Shown one piece after another: positions 1-11,078 of a stretch of DNA of 64,000 nucleotides. Position numbers and translations under genes: made by a program. The stretch is taken from NCBI GenBank assembly GCA_047601185.1, contig JASGJS010000001.1, positions 1,153,118 to 1,217,117 of the forward strand. The letters run 5' to 3'. The notes under the pieces were generated by a model, which saw nothing but the letters and a program-made list of their open reading frames with translations, did not search any database and was not told the DNA's origin. How positions within the stretch are numbered: the stretch's first letter is position 1; every line of letters begins with the position of its first letter. Source of the stretch: Gammaproteobacteria bacterium. GTDB taxonomy: Bacteria > Pseudomonadota > Gammaproteobacteria > JAURND01.

Positions 1-126
1 GTGCCTATCCTTACTTTCCACAAGGAGAAGAATAAAGCTCACCACTCACTAATTGCTGCCTATCGGTGCTCTTTCTGCTGCCTATGGTGCGCCTCTGGCC
101 TAACGGAGCCTTCTTTGCACAGCTTG

Positions 127-2019
127 CTACCGCTCTCCTTCTTTCTCCAAATCCGTAAAGCTAATGAGCTTCTCGGCGCGGCTGGGGTGGCGCAGTTTAC
201 GCAGGGCCTTGGCTTCAATCTGACGAATGCGTTCTCGGGTGACGTCAAATTGCTTACCGACTTCTTCGAGCGTATGGTCGGTATTCATCTCAATCCCGAA
301 GCGCATTCTTAACACTTTGGCTTCTCGCGGGGTTAAGCTGTTGAGCACGTCGCCGATGGCTTGTTGGAGGCCAGAGATAGTGGCTGCGTCTACAGGTGAG
401 AGTTGATACATATCGACAATAAAGTCGCCTAAATGGGAGTCGTCTTCCCCATCGCCAATCGGGGTTTCTAGAGAAATCGGTTCTTTGGCGATCTTTAGGA
501 CTTTGCGAATCTTATCTTCGCTCATTTCCATCAGTTTGCTCAACTCTTCCGGGGTGGGTTCTAAGCCAGTTTCTTGGAGATGTTGGCGGGAGAGTCGATT
601 GAGTTTATTAATGGTTTCGATCATATGCACAGGGATGCGGATGGTGCGGGCCTGATCTGCAATTGAGCGGGTGATGGCTTGGCGTATCCACCAAGTTGCA
701 TAGGTGGAAAATTTATAACCGCGGCGGTATTCAAATTTATCCACGGCTTTCATCAGCCCAATATTGCCTTCTTGAATTAAATCGAGGAATTGTAAGCCAC
801 GATTGGTGTATTTTTTCGCGATCGAAATAACGAGACGTAAGTTGGCTTCGATCATTTCTTTTTTGGCGCGTCGGGCTTTGGCTTCACCAATCGACATACG
901 ACGATTGATTTCTTTAATTTCTGCGATGGTTAAATCGGTTGATTTTTCGATAGCTACCAATTTTTTCTGTGCGCGCAGAATATCATCGTTGGCCGCTTTC
1001 AGCGAATTCGCCTGATCTTTATGATCTTTGATGTAATTTTTGAGCCAATTTAAATTGGTTTCGTTATTGGGGAAGGACGCAATAAAATCTTTGCGAGGCG
1101 TGTTTGAGCGATTGACGCACAGATTTAAAATCAGTCGTTCTTCTTCTCGAATTTGTTCTAACATTTCGCGAATGCGGCGAATTTGTCGATTAAATTGTTT
1201 AGGGGATAATTTAAAAGTGGCAAATTCCTCTTGCAAAGCTTTTAAGTTTTTATCGGTATTTTTATTTTTTTTGCCGTTTTTATCTTTGGCTTGAATGAAG
1301 TTTTGATACAGCTCTTCTAAGCGAGCAAATTTGTTGCGGGTCAATTCAGGATCCGGGCCGGTATCCATAATGCCGCCTTCCTCACTACTGCTTTCACCCT
1401 CTTCCCCTTCCGGTTCGTCCAATTCGCCAGATTCAATGGCTTGTTCGAGTTCAGCTGAAATAACGGGAATGGTTTCGGGAGTTTTTCCTTCGGCTTCATC
1501 TAAAAAGCCGGTGATCACGTCACTTAAGCGTTTTTCGTCGCTCATGACTTTTTTGTATTCACCGAGAATGGATTCAATCACTTTAGGATAGTGGGCCAGG
1601 GCTTGCATGACATGGCGGGTGCCTTCTTCAATGCGCTGGGCAATCAAAATTTCGCCTTGGCGGGTGAGCAATTCAACGCTGCCCATTTCGCGCATATACA
1701 TACGGACAGGGTCTGAGGTGCGACCAAATTCCGAATCTGCTTGAACTAACGCAGCAGCTAACTGTTCGACGGCGGCTTCTTCATCGGATTCTTGTTCTTC
1801 TGTCGCGCCTTCCGCTAATAATAAGGCTTCTGCGCCCGGCCCTTCTCCTTCTTCATAGATTTCAATGCCGAGCTCCTTGAATACCCGAATAATTTCTTCA
1901 ATGCGTTCGGGATCAATCAATTCTGGCGGTAAGCCGTCGTTTAAATCGGCCATTGTCAGAGAGCCGCGCTCTTTGCCTTTAAGAATTAATGCTTTGATTT
2001 CTGAAGTTTCAAAACCCAT
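127..2019 (-). CDS. rpoD: RNA polymerase sigma-70 factor RpoD
   Basis: 630 aa ORF. The N-terminus aligns with E. coli RpoD ([22 protein letters not shown]...). It has an acidic spacer, regions 2-4 and a C-terminal HTH. It follows dnaG as in the classic operon. Confidence 0.95.
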   Translation of the reverse strand: MGFETSEIKALILKGKERGSLTMADLNDGLPPELIDPERIEEIIRVFKELGIEIYEEGEGPGAEALLLAEGATEEQESDEEAAVEQLAAALVQADSEFGRTSDPVRMYMREMGSVELLTRQGEILIAQRIEEGTRHVMQALAHYPKVIESILGEYKKVMSDEKRLSDVITGFLDEAEGKTPETIPVISAELEQAIESGELDEPEGEEGESSSEEGGIMDTGPDPELTRNKFARLEELYQNFIQAKDKNGKKNKNTDKNLKALQEEFATFKLSPKQFNRQIRRIREMLEQIREEERLILNLCVNRSNTPRKDFIASFPNNETNLNWLKNYIKDHKDQANSLKAANDDILRAQKKLVAIEKSTDLTIAEIKEINRRMSIGEAKARRAKKEMIEANLRLVISIAKKYTNRGLQFLDLIQEGNIGLMKAVDKFEYRRGYKFSTYATWWIRQAITRSIADQARTIRIPVHMIETINKLNRLSRQHLQETGLEPTPEELSKLMEMSEDKIRKVLKIAKEPISLETPIGDGEDDSHLGDFIVDMYQLSPVDAATISGLQQAIGDVLNSLTPREAKVLRMRFGIEMNTDHTLEEVGKQFDVTRERIRQIEAKALRKLRHPSRAEKLISFTDLEKEGER

Positions 2020-2214
2020 GTGTTTCGTCCTAAGTTAAAATGCAATGTAATCGTTAATAATACCATCTCTTATTCTTAAACCCAATAAACCTATTGTAAA
2101 CATTTCGTATCCATTCAGCACAGCCTAAGGGAAGCTTGAGCTCAGAATAAGCGGGACGACGCCTCCTGCCTCATATAAGATTAAGCTCTCCCTAGGATGT
2201 GCTGAATCTATACG

Positions 2215-3930
2215 CTATTCAACTAAATTATGTTGTTCTCTTAATAATTTTAGCAGAATTTCTTTCTCCTGTGGCAGTAATACCCCTTGATTTGACTTTG
2301 CAATTAATTGTTCTATATAGGTTTTTTTGGCTTGTAATACAATCCCATCAAGCGTGAAAACCAGCTCTGCTAATGCCCCTTCTGGAGGGATTAATAGGGG
2401 GTGAGTGGCTAATTGTGCCAAACGTAATCCTGCTTTCGAATCCCGCCAAAATTCTAAAATCCCTCCCAATGTTATATTGCGGTGAGTTTTGATTAATTCA
2501 ACCAGTTGGCAGATGGTGGCGATGCCTGGCAGCTCAAGTTCTGAAAATTGTGGGGGTAAGTTGATGTCAGGGACGATCTCGGGAAATTGTAATATAAAGG
2601 CGATGGCGCGCTGAATTGGTGATAAAGTTTTAGAAAGATTCCATGCCTGAGGTTTTTTAGCCTTTAGGGGAAGGGTGATTTGCTCGGGCGGAATTTCGAT
2701 CAGTGCAGCGAGTTTATCCCGCATGAGTTGACTAAAGACGCCGGGCTGCAGTTTATCCAACCATTTTTTGGCCATTTGCGCGAGTTTGGCTTTGCCTTCG
2801 ATGGTTTGAGGATCCGCTAATTGGGATAAATGCTGGAAGAAAAAATCGGTTAAGGGAATGGCTTGGGCAATGGCTTGTTCAAAAGCCGCTTTGCATTGTT
2901 TTCGAATAAAGCTGTCGGGATCTTCGTCTTTCGGTAAAAAGATAAATTGAATCTTCCAGCCATCTTGGAATAAGGGCAGTGTGGTTTCTACAGCACGCCA
3001 TGCGGCTTTGTAGCCGGCTGCGTCACCGTCAAAGCAAAAAATAGCGGTATCCGTCAGACGAAACAGTCGCTGCAAATGCTGGGGAGTGGTGGCGGTGCCC
3101 ATGGTGGCTGCGGCTTGAGTGATACCGGCTTGGTGCAGGGCGATGACGTCCATGTAGCCTTCGACTAATAACAAATAGGGGAGGGCTGCTTTGCTTTGGT
3201 AATGCTCATACAGGCCATATAATTCGTTGCTTTTGTGGAATAATGGCGTTTCGGGAGAGTTGAGATATTTGGGCTGTTGTTCATCGGTTAAGCTGCGGCC
3301 GCCAAATCCTATCACGCGTCCACGCATATCGCGAATGGGGAATATGATGCGGTTGCGAAAGCGGTCGTAGGTTTTGCCGGATTGGCTTTGAGTGCCCAAC
3401 CCCGCTTCGATGATTTTTGGGGCGAGCTGAGGGTTGAGGTGTTTTAAGAGGGCGTCCCAATGATCGGGTGCGAAGCCTATGCCGAATTGCTGGATGCTGT
3501 GTTCGTTTAATCCTCGATTATGTAAATATTGAAGTGCTTGTGGGGCTTGCTGTAATTGGGTTTGGAAGAACCGCTTAGCTTTTTCTAACAGCTGATAGAG
3601 TTCATCGAAAGATTGGGTGGGCTTGTCATAGCCTTCCGGTAAGGGGAGCCCGGCTTGTTGGGCGAGCGTTTCAACCGCTTCGATAAATCCTAATTTTTCA
3701 TAGGCCATTAAAAACCCAATGGCGTTGCCGTGCTCGCCGCAGCCAAAGCAATGGTAGAATTGTTTCTTGCTGCTGACGGTGAAGGAGGGGGTTTTTTCGC
3801 TATGAAAGGGGCAGCAGGCGGAATAATTGGTGCCGGATTTTTTTAAGGTGATGCGTTGTTCGACTTGCTCTACAATATCGACGCGAGCGAGCAGTTCGTT
3901 TAAGTAGGATTGTGGAATGCGGCTTGACAT
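2215..3930 (-). CDS. dnaG: DNA primase DnaG
   Basis: 571 aa. Zinc-ribbon motif CCPFHSEKTPSFTV...FYHCFGCGEHGNAIGFLM and a TOPRIM region EGYMDV are present. Confidence 0.95.
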   Translation of the reverse strand: MSSRIPQSYLNELLARVDIVEQVEQRITLKKSGTNYSACCPFHSEKTPSFTVSSKKQFYHCFGCGEHGNAIGFLMAYEKLGFIEAVETLAQQAGLPLPEGYDKPTQSFDELYQLLEKAKRFFQTQLQQAPQALQYLHNRGLNEHSIQQFGIGFAPDHWDALLKHLNPQLAPKIIEAGLGTQSQSGKTYDRFRNRIIFPIRDMRGRVIGFGGRSLTDEQQPKYLNSPETPLFHKSNELYGLYEHYQSKAALPYLLLVEGYMDVIALHQAGITQAAATMGTATTPQHLQRLFRLTDTAIFCFDGDAAGYKAAWRAVETTLPLFQDGWKIQFIFLPKDEDPDSFIRKQCKAAFEQAIAQAIPLTDFFFQHLSQLADPQTIEGKAKLAQMAKKWLDKLQPGVFSQLMRDKLAALIEIPPEQITLPLKAKKPQAWNLSKTLSPIQRAIAFILQFPEIVPDINLPPQFSELELPGIATICQLVELIKTHRNITLGGILEFWRDSKAGLRLAQLATHPLLIPPEGALAELVFTLDGIVLQAKKTYIEQLIAKSNQGVLLPQEKEILLKLLREQHNLVE

Positions 3931-3956
3931 GGGATAGGCTCATGGGCTTCGAATAG

Positions 3957-4049
3957 GCTCGAGCTTGGGAGCGCGGGCAGCTTGCCCGCTGCTTTTAACT
4001 ATTTTAAAAAGCAGCGGGCAAGCTGCCCGCGCTCCACCAAACTCGAGCC
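3957..4049. terminator. Inverted pair of family-B GC-hairpin elements (GCGGGCAGCTTGCCCGC + TGCTTTT) between yqeY and dnaG
   Basis: A perfect long palindrome, ctcgagc...gggagcgcgggcagcttgcccgctgcttttaac/gttaaaagcagcgggcaagctgcccgcgctcc...ctcgagc. Each half is a GC stem followed by a T-run, so it could act as a bidirectional intra-operon terminator or attenuator. Confidence 0.6.
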
Positions 4050-4060
4050 TTTTGGATAGC

Positions 4061-4519
4061 TTAGAGTGAGCTGATCTTCTGCTTCACTAAATTGCTCACG
4101 ACGGTCATATCCGCCCGGCCTTGCAATTTGGGCTTTAACTCTGCCATCACCCGACCCATATCTTTAACGCCAGAGGCATTAGTGGTGGCAATGGCTTGTT
4201 GAATCGCTTCAGAAATCTCTGCTTCAGATAGCGGTTCTGGCAAATAAGCTTGCAGAATTTCCGCTTCAAAGGTTTCTTGTTCGACCAGATCGGTACGGCC
4301 GGCTTGCTGAAATTGGCTGATAGAATCTTGGCGCTGCTTCAACATTTTATCGATCACGGCCAGCACTTGCGCATCATCTAAGGTAATGCGCTCATCCACT
4401 TCACGCTGTTTGATCGCCGCCATCAACAGCCGAATCACCCCTAAACGCTTGGCGTCTTTGGCTTTCATGGCAGCGACCATATCTGCTTGGATGCGCTGTT
4501 TTAACGTGGGGTCGTTCAT
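4061..4519 (-). CDS. yqeY: GatB/YqeY domain-containing protein
   Basis: 152 aa of typical YqeY length and composition, sitting between rpsU and dnaG. Confidence 0.8.
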   Translation of the reverse strand: MNDPTLKQRIQADMVAAMKAKDAKRLGVIRLLMAAIKQREVDERITLDDAQVLAVIDKMLKQRQDSISQFQQAGRTDLVEQETFEAEILQAYLPEPLSEAEISEAIQQAIATTNASGVKDMGRVMAELKPKLQGRADMTVVSNLVKQKISSL

Positions 4520-4812
4520 GCGGCGTCAGTTGAATAAGGTCTACGTTTTCTGCGGTCAGTGGCGCTCGATTTTTTACGTTCGCTGGTGCTGACACCCATA
4601 CGAGATTGCTGCATGGATTCGCGATCTTTGAACAGCTTTTTCTCCCAACGCTTAACGGCGGCAGCGCGTTTGCGTTTGCGCTTGCTGGTGGGTTTTTCGT
4701 AGAATTCAATTTGTCTCAGCTTGGCAACGGTGCCGGCTTTTTCGCAGGCGCGTTTAAAGCGACGCAGTGCAACATCAAAAGGTTCGGTTTCCTTGATAAA
4801 GACTTCAGGCAT
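4516..4812 (-). CDS. rpsU: 30S ribosomal protein S21 (with ~30 aa basic C-terminal extension)
   Basis: [55 protein letters not shown] matches S21. The ATG at 4812 is preceded by aggtg. The upstream GTG at 4824 given by the ORF track is less likely. Confidence 0.85.
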   Translation of the reverse strand: MPEVFIKETEPFDVALRRFKRACEKAGTVAKLRQIEFYEKPTSKRKRKRAAAVKRWEKKLFKDRESMQQSRMGVSTSERKKSSATDRRKRRPYSTDAA

Positions 4813-4971
4813 TGAAGGTGTCACCTACTTTGTAATTATGGGGCCCCAGTTAGGGATAGTTACTTCTTAAAGAATCGCTAATCTTAAAGGGGATTGGCGT
4901 TAAATGCAAAGATTTTATTTACTTTTTCTAGGCGATCATACACTATGCTCTTTTTGAAACAGGGTCAATGT

Positions 4972-5445
4972 ATGAAAGTGGGTTTAATCATGGGTTCAAA
5001 GTCGGATTGGGAAGTCATGTCGCACGCTGCGGATCTCCTCAATACCCTAAAAGTGCCTTACGAAGCTAAGGTCGTTTCTGCGCATCGCACCCCTGACTTA
5101 TTATATGATTATGCGGCTACTGCGAAACAGCGGGGATTAAAGCTGATTATCGCGGGTGCTGGCGGGGCCGCCCATTTGCCGGGGATGGTCGCGGCTAAAA
5201 CTGCTTTACCCGTATTAGGCGTGCCGATTCCCTCACAACACTTACAAGGCATGGATTCTTTATTGTCCATTGTGCAAATGCCTGCGGGGATTCCAGTGGC
5301 AACCTTTGCGATTGGCAAAGCTGGCGCTATGAACGCGGCTTTGTTTGCGGCGGCAGTTTTGGCGGAGGATTCTAAAGAAATTGCGGCGGAGCTCGAGGCT
5401 TATCGCGCACGGCAGACTGAACACGTTTTGTCCCAAAATTTATAA
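4972..5445 (+). CDS. purE: N5-carboxyaminoimidazole ribonucleotide mutase PurE
   Basis: [16 protein letters not shown]...[17 protein letters not shown] is a PurE signature. The start is set at the internal Met that matches the homologue N-terminus. Confidence 0.9.
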   Translation: MKVGLIMGSKSDWEVMSHAADLLNTLKVPYEAKVVSAHRTPDLLYDYAATAKQRGLKLIIAGAGGAAHLPGMVAAKTALPVLGVPIPSQHLQGMDSLLSIVQMPAGIPVATFAIGKAGAMNAALFAAAVLAEDSKEIAAELEAYRARQTEHVLSQNL

Positions 5446-5459
5446 GAATAAGGTACATT

Positions 5460-6554
5460 ATGAAAATAGGCGTCATAGGCGGCGGACAATTAGCCCGCAT
5501 GCTCGCTTTAGCTGGCCATTCCTTAGGCTTTGAAACCATTTGCTTAGAATCTCAAAACGATTGCCCTGCCGCTAAAGTGACTGAAGTGATCGTGGCGGAT
5601 TATGGCGATGCAGAAAAGTTGCGGGCATTGGTGAATCGCGTCGATGTCTTGACCTACGAATTTGAAAACATCCCTACCAACACCATCGAAATATTAACGC
5701 CATTACTTGCCGATAAGCCTCATAAAATTGCCCCCTCGTTAGAAGCGCTCAGTATTGCGCAAGATCGTTATCGCGAAAAAACCTTTTTCCAAAAATTACA
5801 AATTCCTACCACGACCTTTGCATCCGTAGACAGTTTAGAAACCTTGCGTCAAGCTGCGGAACACATCCAATTTCCCGCTATTTTAAAGACTCGACGCTGG
5901 GGCTATGATGGGAAGGGCCAGTATGTATTGAAGTCAGCTGCTGATATTGAATCCGCGTGGGAAGACTGCGCGGGAGAAGGATTATTAGAAAATAAAGTGA
6001 ATTTTGAAAAAGAGTTTTCTTGTATTGGCGTCCGTTCTGCCAAAGGCGAAATCGCTTTTTATCCTTTGGCGGAAAACTGGCACAAGGAGGGCATTTTGCG
6101 CACTTCAACGGTGCAAGTGTCCCCCCTGGCCATGGAGCGTGACGCGCAGACTTATGTGGCGAATATTTTAGAAGCCCTCAATTATGTCGGTGTGTTAGCG
6201 GTGGAGTTTTTTTGGGCTAATGGCCAACTGATTGCCAATGAAATGGCGCCGCGTGTGCACAATTCCGGGCATTGGACCATAGAAGGCGCAGTTACCAGCC
6301 AATTCGAAAATCATTTGCGCGCCATTTTAGGCTTGCCTTTAGGGGATACAGCCGCTAGACAGCCGGTGACGATGTTTAATTTAATTGGAGAAGTTCCTCG
6401 GCTGGAAACTATTTTGCAGGTACCCGGCGCGCATTGTCATCTTTACGGTAAACAAGCCAAACCTAAACGTAAGTTGGGACATGTGACGTTGTGCGCGCAG
6501 GATGAGGTCAGCTATCGGCAGGGGGTTGAGAAATTGTTGGGGTTAGTGTTGTAA
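5460..6554 (+). CDS. purK: N5-CAIR synthetase PurK (ATP-grasp)
   Basis: 364 aa beginning MKIGVIGGGQLARMLA with an ATP-grasp core. It follows purE directly. Confidence 0.9.
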   Translation: MKIGVIGGGQLARMLALAGHSLGFETICLESQNDCPAAKVTEVIVADYGDAEKLRALVNRVDVLTYEFENIPTNTIEILTPLLADKPHKIAPSLEALSIAQDRYREKTFFQKLQIPTTTFASVDSLETLRQAAEHIQFPAILKTRRWGYDGKGQYVLKSAADIESAWEDCAGEGLLENKVNFEKEFSCIGVRSAKGEIAFYPLAENWHKEGILRTSTVQVSPLAMERDAQTYVANILEALNYVGVLAVEFFWANGQLIANEMAPRVHNSGHWTIEGAVTSQFENHLRAILGLPLGDTAARQPVTMFNLIGEVPRLETILQVPGAHCHLYGKQAKPKRKLGHVTLCAQDEVSYRQGVEKLLGLVL

Positions 6555-6696
6555 GAAGAGGTTGATTTTCCCTAGCAAACTATGTTAAAAACTCTCACTA
6601 AGATTGGTCTGTTACCACTCTAGGTAATGGCTACTCATGGGAAGTCAGCAATTCTTGCTGATAGTTGAGCGATTGATCTTAGTGAGAGAGTCTAAC

Positions 6697-7560
6697 ATGA
6701 AAAGGATATTTATTTGCACGTGTGCTGTATTATTAAGTTTCCCTGTGGCGTGGGCTAAACCTGTCCATCATCCACATAAAACAACCGTTTCTCATCAACA
6801 TTCAGGCAGCCGTGCGCACCATCATTCTAAAGCAGCGCATCAAGGCTATGGTGACCTGAATCCGCCTCAAAATTTATCTGAACAATCTATCGAGGTCCCT
6901 ATCAATACCGCTGCGCCCGCACCGGTTTCAGGTCATCAATATTTTAAATGGGCGCGTAATGTCGGGCAGGGGATTGCTGCGTTGGCAAGACGTACCATCC
7001 AAACGCTCCATTACACCAATTACAGCTTAGGGGGTTCGCATTACGACCCCAATCGTGGTGTGTATGTGCTAGATTGCTCCGACTATGTGGATAATTTAAT
7101 CAATCAAGCCACCCCTCATGCTTACTCGAATTTAGTGTATAACACCGGTACGGATAAACCGACCACCGCTGATTATTACAATTTCTTTAATCGATTGCCC
7201 AATGCGGCTAATAACAGTGGTTGGCATAAAGTCTCTGACGTGAGGCAAGTTCAAGCGGGTGATATCTTAGTGTTTCGGTATAAAAGTAATCGACATCGCT
7301 ATGCGGCAGGTGGGCATGTGATGGTGGTGATGAATGCCCCTGTGCGCAGCAACAATGTGTTTTTAGTGCAGGTCGCAGATTCAGCGGTTTCTGGGCATAG
7401 TCAAGATACCCGTCCTCCTCATGCTTCAGGCATTGGGATAGGCACGTTGCTGCTGAAAGTCGATCCGCATACTGAGCAATTGGCAGCGTATTCATGGAAA
7501 ATGGGCGCGCCGTGGAAGGATAATGTCAGCTTCGCCATCGGCAGACCGATCTCTGCTTAA
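6697..7560 (+). CDS. Secreted hypothetical protein with His-rich N-terminal region
   Basis: Signal peptide MKRIFICTCAVLLSFPVAWA, followed by the His-rich stretch HHPHKTTVSHQHSGSRAHHHSKAAH. No family recognised. Confidence 0.5.
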   Translation: MKRIFICTCAVLLSFPVAWAKPVHHPHKTTVSHQHSGSRAHHHSKAAHQGYGDLNPPQNLSEQSIEVPINTAAPAPVSGHQYFKWARNVGQGIAALARRTIQTLHYTNYSLGGSHYDPNRGVYVLDCSDYVDNLINQATPHAYSNLVYNTGTDKPTTADYYNFFNRLPNAANNSGWHKVSDVRQVQAGDILVFRYKSNRHRYAAGGHVMVVMNAPVRSNNVFLVQVADSAVSGHSQDTRPPHASGIGIGTLLLKVDPHTEQLAAYSWKMGAPWKDNVSFAIGRPISA

Positions 7561-7597
7561 TGGCTATGAACTCTCAGTAAACACTTTAAACTCTTGG

Positions 7598-7652
7598 TGT
7601 GGTGCCTTCTCCCCTCCGTGGGAGAAGGTGCCGATAGGCGGATGAGGGGGGA
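7598..7652 (+). repeat. Family-A hairpin repeat (ccttctcccc..gtgggagaagg..gataggcggatgagggg)
   Basis: One of 8 copies in the window. Its internal ATG (ggcggATGagggg) is the only in-frame start available for mutY. Confidence 0.8.
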
Positions 7653-8745
7653 CCACAGTCCGGGAGAGAAACCCATTACATTTTCCAAAAAATTATTAGC
7701 TTGGTATGACACGCAAGGCCGGCAAAACTTACCCTGGCGACAAAACATCACCCCTTACCGCGTTTGGGTTTCAGAGATCATGCTCCAGCAAACCCAAGTC
7801 AAAACAGTTATCCCTTACTTCAACCGCTTTATGCAGCACTTCCCCACGCTGCAACATCTCGCTGAGGCAGATATCGATCACGTTTTGCATCTTTGGACAG
7901 GTTTAGGCTACTACGCGCGAGCTCGCAACCTGCATCGAGCCGCCCAACTCGTTTTACAGCAGCATGCAGGGCAGTTTCCTCGTGATGTAGCGTCCTTACA
8001 AGCCCTCCCCGGCATTGGGCGTTCAACTGCAGGCGCTATCGCAGCGATCAGTTACCAGCAGCGTGCGCCTATTTTAGATGGCAATGTGAGGCGGATTTTA
8101 TCGCGATTACATCGAGTAGCGGGCAATCCGCAAGATCCCGCCACGTTAAAAGCATTATGGACTTTAGCGGAAGATTATACGCCTTCGCAAAGAACGGCCG
8201 ATTATACGCAAGCCATGATGGATTTAGGCGCCATGTTGTGTCTACGCGGCACGCCAGCCTGTGAACAATGTCCCGTGACCTCGCATTGCCAAGCCTATCA
8301 GCAGGGGCAGCAAAAACAATTTCCCCACCCCAAGCCCAGAAAAACCCAGCCTATCCGCACCACGCGCTTGTTGATTCTGCAAGATATCCAACAACAGACG
8401 ATTTTGCTCGAAAAAAGGCCCGCTAAAGGCATATGGGGAGGATTGTGGAGCTTGCCGGAGTGTGCCTGGGATATTGATTTAGCGCACTGGTGTCAACAGC
8501 ATTACCAGTATGAAGTGATGGATTCTGAAAGCTTGCCAGAATTTCGCCATACTTTTACCCATTTCCATCTCGATATTCAACCTTTTTATCTCAAAGGCAA
8601 GCCCCGTGCATCAACAAACCTGGACTCGCAGCGCCAAGTTTGGTATAAACCACAGCAAATAGCCCTTTTAGGGTTGCCAGCCCCCGTTAAACGATTACTC
8701 TATGACACGACAGATTTTTTGCAAAAAACGACAGAAAGAAGCTGA
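7642..8745 (+). CDS. mutY: A/G-specific adenine DNA glycosylase MutY
   Basis: [42 protein letters not shown], the HhH-GPD region, 4Fe-4S cysteines (C..C..C..C) and a C-terminal NUDIX-like domain. The start lies inside the family-A repeat. Confidence 0.85.
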   Translation: MRGDHSPGEKPITFSKKLLAWYDTQGRQNLPWRQNITPYRVWVSEIMLQQTQVKTVIPYFNRFMQHFPTLQHLAEADIDHVLHLWTGLGYYARARNLHRAAQLVLQQHAGQFPRDVASLQALPGIGRSTAGAIAAISYQQRAPILDGNVRRILSRLHRVAGNPQDPATLKALWTLAEDYTPSQRTADYTQAMMDLGAMLCLRGTPACEQCPVTSHCQAYQQGQQKQFPHPKPRKTQPIRTTRLLILQDIQQQTILLEKRPAKGIWGGLWSLPECAWDIDLAHWCQQHYQYEVMDSESLPEFRHTFTHFHLDIQPFYLKGKPRASTNLDSQRQVWYKPQQIALLGLPAPVKRLLYDTTDFLQKTTERS

Positions 8746-8968
8746 GGGTTTAGAAAAGCCCCCTTTTCCAACCGCCTTAGGCCAAAGAATTTATGCCGAG
8801 ATTTCTCAAGAGGCCTGGGACATGTGGTTAAGTCATCAGACCATGTTGGTGAATGAATATCGTTTAAGCTTGATTGATCCCAAAGCCAAAGCCTTTTTAT
8901 TTCAAGAAATGGAAAAATTCTTTTTTGGAGAAGGAAGCGATAAACCGGCTGGGTTTCAAGATCGCTAA
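8702..8968 (+). CDS. yggX: Fe(II)-trafficking / oxidative-damage protection protein YggX
   Basis: [42 protein letters not shown] matches YggX. It sits after mutY in the conserved arrangement. Confidence 0.8.
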   Translation: MTRQIFCKKRQKEAEGLEKPPFPTALGQRIYAEISQEAWDMWLSHQTMLVNEYRLSLIDPKAKAFLFQEMEKFFFGEGSDKPAGFQDR

Positions 8969-8974
8969 ACTGTT

Positions 8975-9625
8975 ATGGAGTGGGATGACCTCGCTATAAC
9001 GCCGCTGGTGGAGTTTTTAAAGCATCAGCGAATTCCTGCCAGCCAATGGCCAGTCTTGACTGCTCTCGCTCAGACCCAATTGCCCAAGCCTTATCATTTT
9101 TTATTGACTCAGCCATTGATGACCGTAGGGCTTCAGCAATTCTACCAGCGCAAACCCATGCTGCGCGCACCGCTTTATAGTGTTTACGACGAATCTAATC
9201 AACAGTATTCTAGAGCTATTGTGTTGATGATAGATTCCTGTCAACGTCGTAATGATGCCCTGGTCGCGGATCAGGCAAGTGAAGCCCAACCGATTGTGCT
9301 AGGCTTTATTACCATGAATTTAAGCGCCTTACCTGTCAAGATGGTCTCTGACGTATTAGAAGCTAAAACCCCATTAGGCGCACTATTAGCGGATAGCGCT
9401 CTTAATCTACATTCACAACGACGATATTTGAATTTACGAGATCGGCAGCAGGTGTTAACGGCCTCTCTCGGTGCAACCTCCACCCGAACATTGTATGGGC
9501 GCACAAATGCCCTCTCGCTAGCCGATGGACAGTGGGTGGCGCGGGTGGTGGAAGTGCTGTCTCCGCATGTTTGCAGAAATTCCCTTGACTCTTTTGAAAA
9601 GACTTTGTTTAATAGCACACTCTAG
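8975..9625 (+). CDS. Hypothetical protein
   Basis: 216 aa ORF with normal coding composition. No recognisable motifs. Confidence 0.45.
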   Translation: MEWDDLAITPLVEFLKHQRIPASQWPVLTALAQTQLPKPYHFLLTQPLMTVGLQQFYQRKPMLRAPLYSVYDESNQQYSRAIVLMIDSCQRRNDALVADQASEAQPIVLGFITMNLSALPVKMVSDVLEAKTPLGALLADSALNLHSQRRYLNLRDRQQVLTASLGATSTRTLYGRTNALSLADGQWVARVVEVLSPHVCRNSLDSFEKTLFNSTL

Positions 9626-9628
9626 TGA

Positions 9629-9704
<76 letters not shown>

Positions 9705-9771
9705 TGAATTGTTACAAAACCACCTAATCTGTAATCAACGATCCTCTACCGTCCTCAATAAACGCTACAGT

Positions 9772-10086
9772 ATGGCCAAAATAATCACTTTTTTTAATCA
9801 TAAAGAAGGGGTTGGGAAAACCACTCTGGTACATAATTTGGGTTTTATTTTGGCTGATAAGGGCTATAAAGTATTGCTCATTGATGCAGATCCACAAATG
9901 AATCTGACTGCAGCAATGTATGGTCTCTCTACAAGTCTTGAATACTCTACGGATGAAGATTCTAAATGGAATCAAAACGTAGAGAAATATATTTCATTGT
10001 CTGAATATATTAATATCAATCTTAAAGCTCAATCTTGTGAAAAGAAAATATTTAGGTATTGTCCATTTAACCCAAGAAATTTGTAA
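9772..10086 (+). pseudogene. Truncated ParA/MinD-family ATPase fragment (Walker A KEGVGKTT) adjacent to tRNA-Phe
   Basis: MAKIITFFNHKEGVGKTTLVHNLGFILADKGYKVLLIDADPQMNLT is a ParA N-terminus. The ORF stops after ~105 aa in an AT-rich tail where full-length ParA is 200+ aa. Confidence 0.6.
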
Positions 10087-10255
10087 TAAATACAAGGATT
10101 CTGGTCAAATGGTTGATCTTACTAAGGAGGATGGACAATATACGCGGTCGTTTGTCAGTATTTCTAATTCTTATCATAAGATAGCAGATGGCTTGATAAG
10201 GGTTCTCTAGTTTTCCCGCTGTTATGATTTAAAATTTATATTTTTCTTATAGACG

Positions 10256-10663
10256 ATGCCTATTAAACCTACGGTTTTGCATTGCCCTTGTGGCAAGAAT
10301 CAATCTTACGAAAATTGTTGCGGTCGATATATTTCTGGCGCAGAATTTCCAGAAGATGCTGAGAGCTTAATGCGTTCGCGCTACACCGCGTACACACAAT
10401 CTAACATCGATTACATCCAAGCGACTATGCAAGGACCCGCGACTGAAAACTTTAATGCACAACAGGCGGTGGATGTGGCAAATGCTACTAAGTGGCGGTG
10501 GTTAAAAGTGCATCGTGCTTTTCCTCACGACACTGACCCAGATTGTGCGTACGTGGAATTTACAGCTTTTTATATTTTATATGGGCAACCGGAAAAGTTG
10601 CACGAATTGAGTGAATTTAAAAAAATTAATGGGCGCTGGTATTACGTAGGGATGATGGGGTAA
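10256..10663 (+). CDS. YchJ-family SEC-C motif protein (UPF0225)
   Basis: N-terminal HCPCGKNQSYENCCGRY is a SEC-C metal-binding motif, and ...NGRWYYVGMM is a YchJ-like C-terminus. Confidence 0.65.
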   Translation: MPIKPTVLHCPCGKNQSYENCCGRYISGAEFPEDAESLMRSRYTAYTQSNIDYIQATMQGPATENFNAQQAVDVANATKWRWLKVHRAFPHDTDPDCAYVEFTAFYILYGQPEKLHELSEFKKINGRWYYVGMMG

Positions 10664-10737
10664 ATAATTGCAATGCATGAGATTGAGGTTTATTATCTCC
10701 TTGTTCACCGGTAACCAATCCCAAAAATGAAGTTGGC

Positions 10738-10962
10738 ATGGAAGTTCATCCATTTGATCAGGTTATCCTGGTGGTACAGGGCAATGGTAAGGCAATATTG
10801 GCTGGAAAGTCATGGGCAATTAATCCAGGTGATTTAATTTTTATTCCACAAGGGATACATCATAATATTATTAATTTAACCGCAAATAGTGCACCAATGA
10901 AAATTATGAGTTTTTATTCGAGCCAGGATATACCAGAGAAAGCTGTCTATCCAAAAAAATGA
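10738..10962 (+). CDS. Small cupin-domain protein
   Basis: GDLIFIPQGIHHNIIN is a cupin motif. Only 74 aa. Confidence 0.5.
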   Translation: MEVHPFDQVILVVQGNGKAILAGKSWAINPGDLIFIPQGIHHNIINLTANSAPMKIMSFYSSQDIPEKAVYPKK

Positions 10963-11012
10963 ACTAAATCAATAGAGGCTGTTGACATTTAGATTCTGCA
11001 AAGATGAGAATG

Positions 11013-11070
11013 GTGAGCTGTTGCCTTCTCCCCTTGTGGGAGAAGGTGCCCGATAGGGCGGATGAGGGGT
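11013..11070 (+). repeat. Family-A hairpin repeat copy
   Basis: gagctgttgccttctccccttgtgggagaaggtgcccgatagggcggatgaggggt, immediately upstream of the Sel1 gene start. Confidence 0.85.
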
Positions 11071-11078
11071 AACATGGT

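Noticed and set aside
1-312. 103-aa plus-strand ORF at the window start
   Set aside because: Lies antisense to the 3' end of rpoD and the upstream spacer, has no motifs, and is cut by the window edge. Most likely a spurious frame.
4386-4824. Several 60-100 aa ORFs (4386..4592 +, 4401..4709 -, 4606..4815 +) over yqeY/rpsU
   Set aside because: Alternative frames of well-supported conserved genes. No independent signal.
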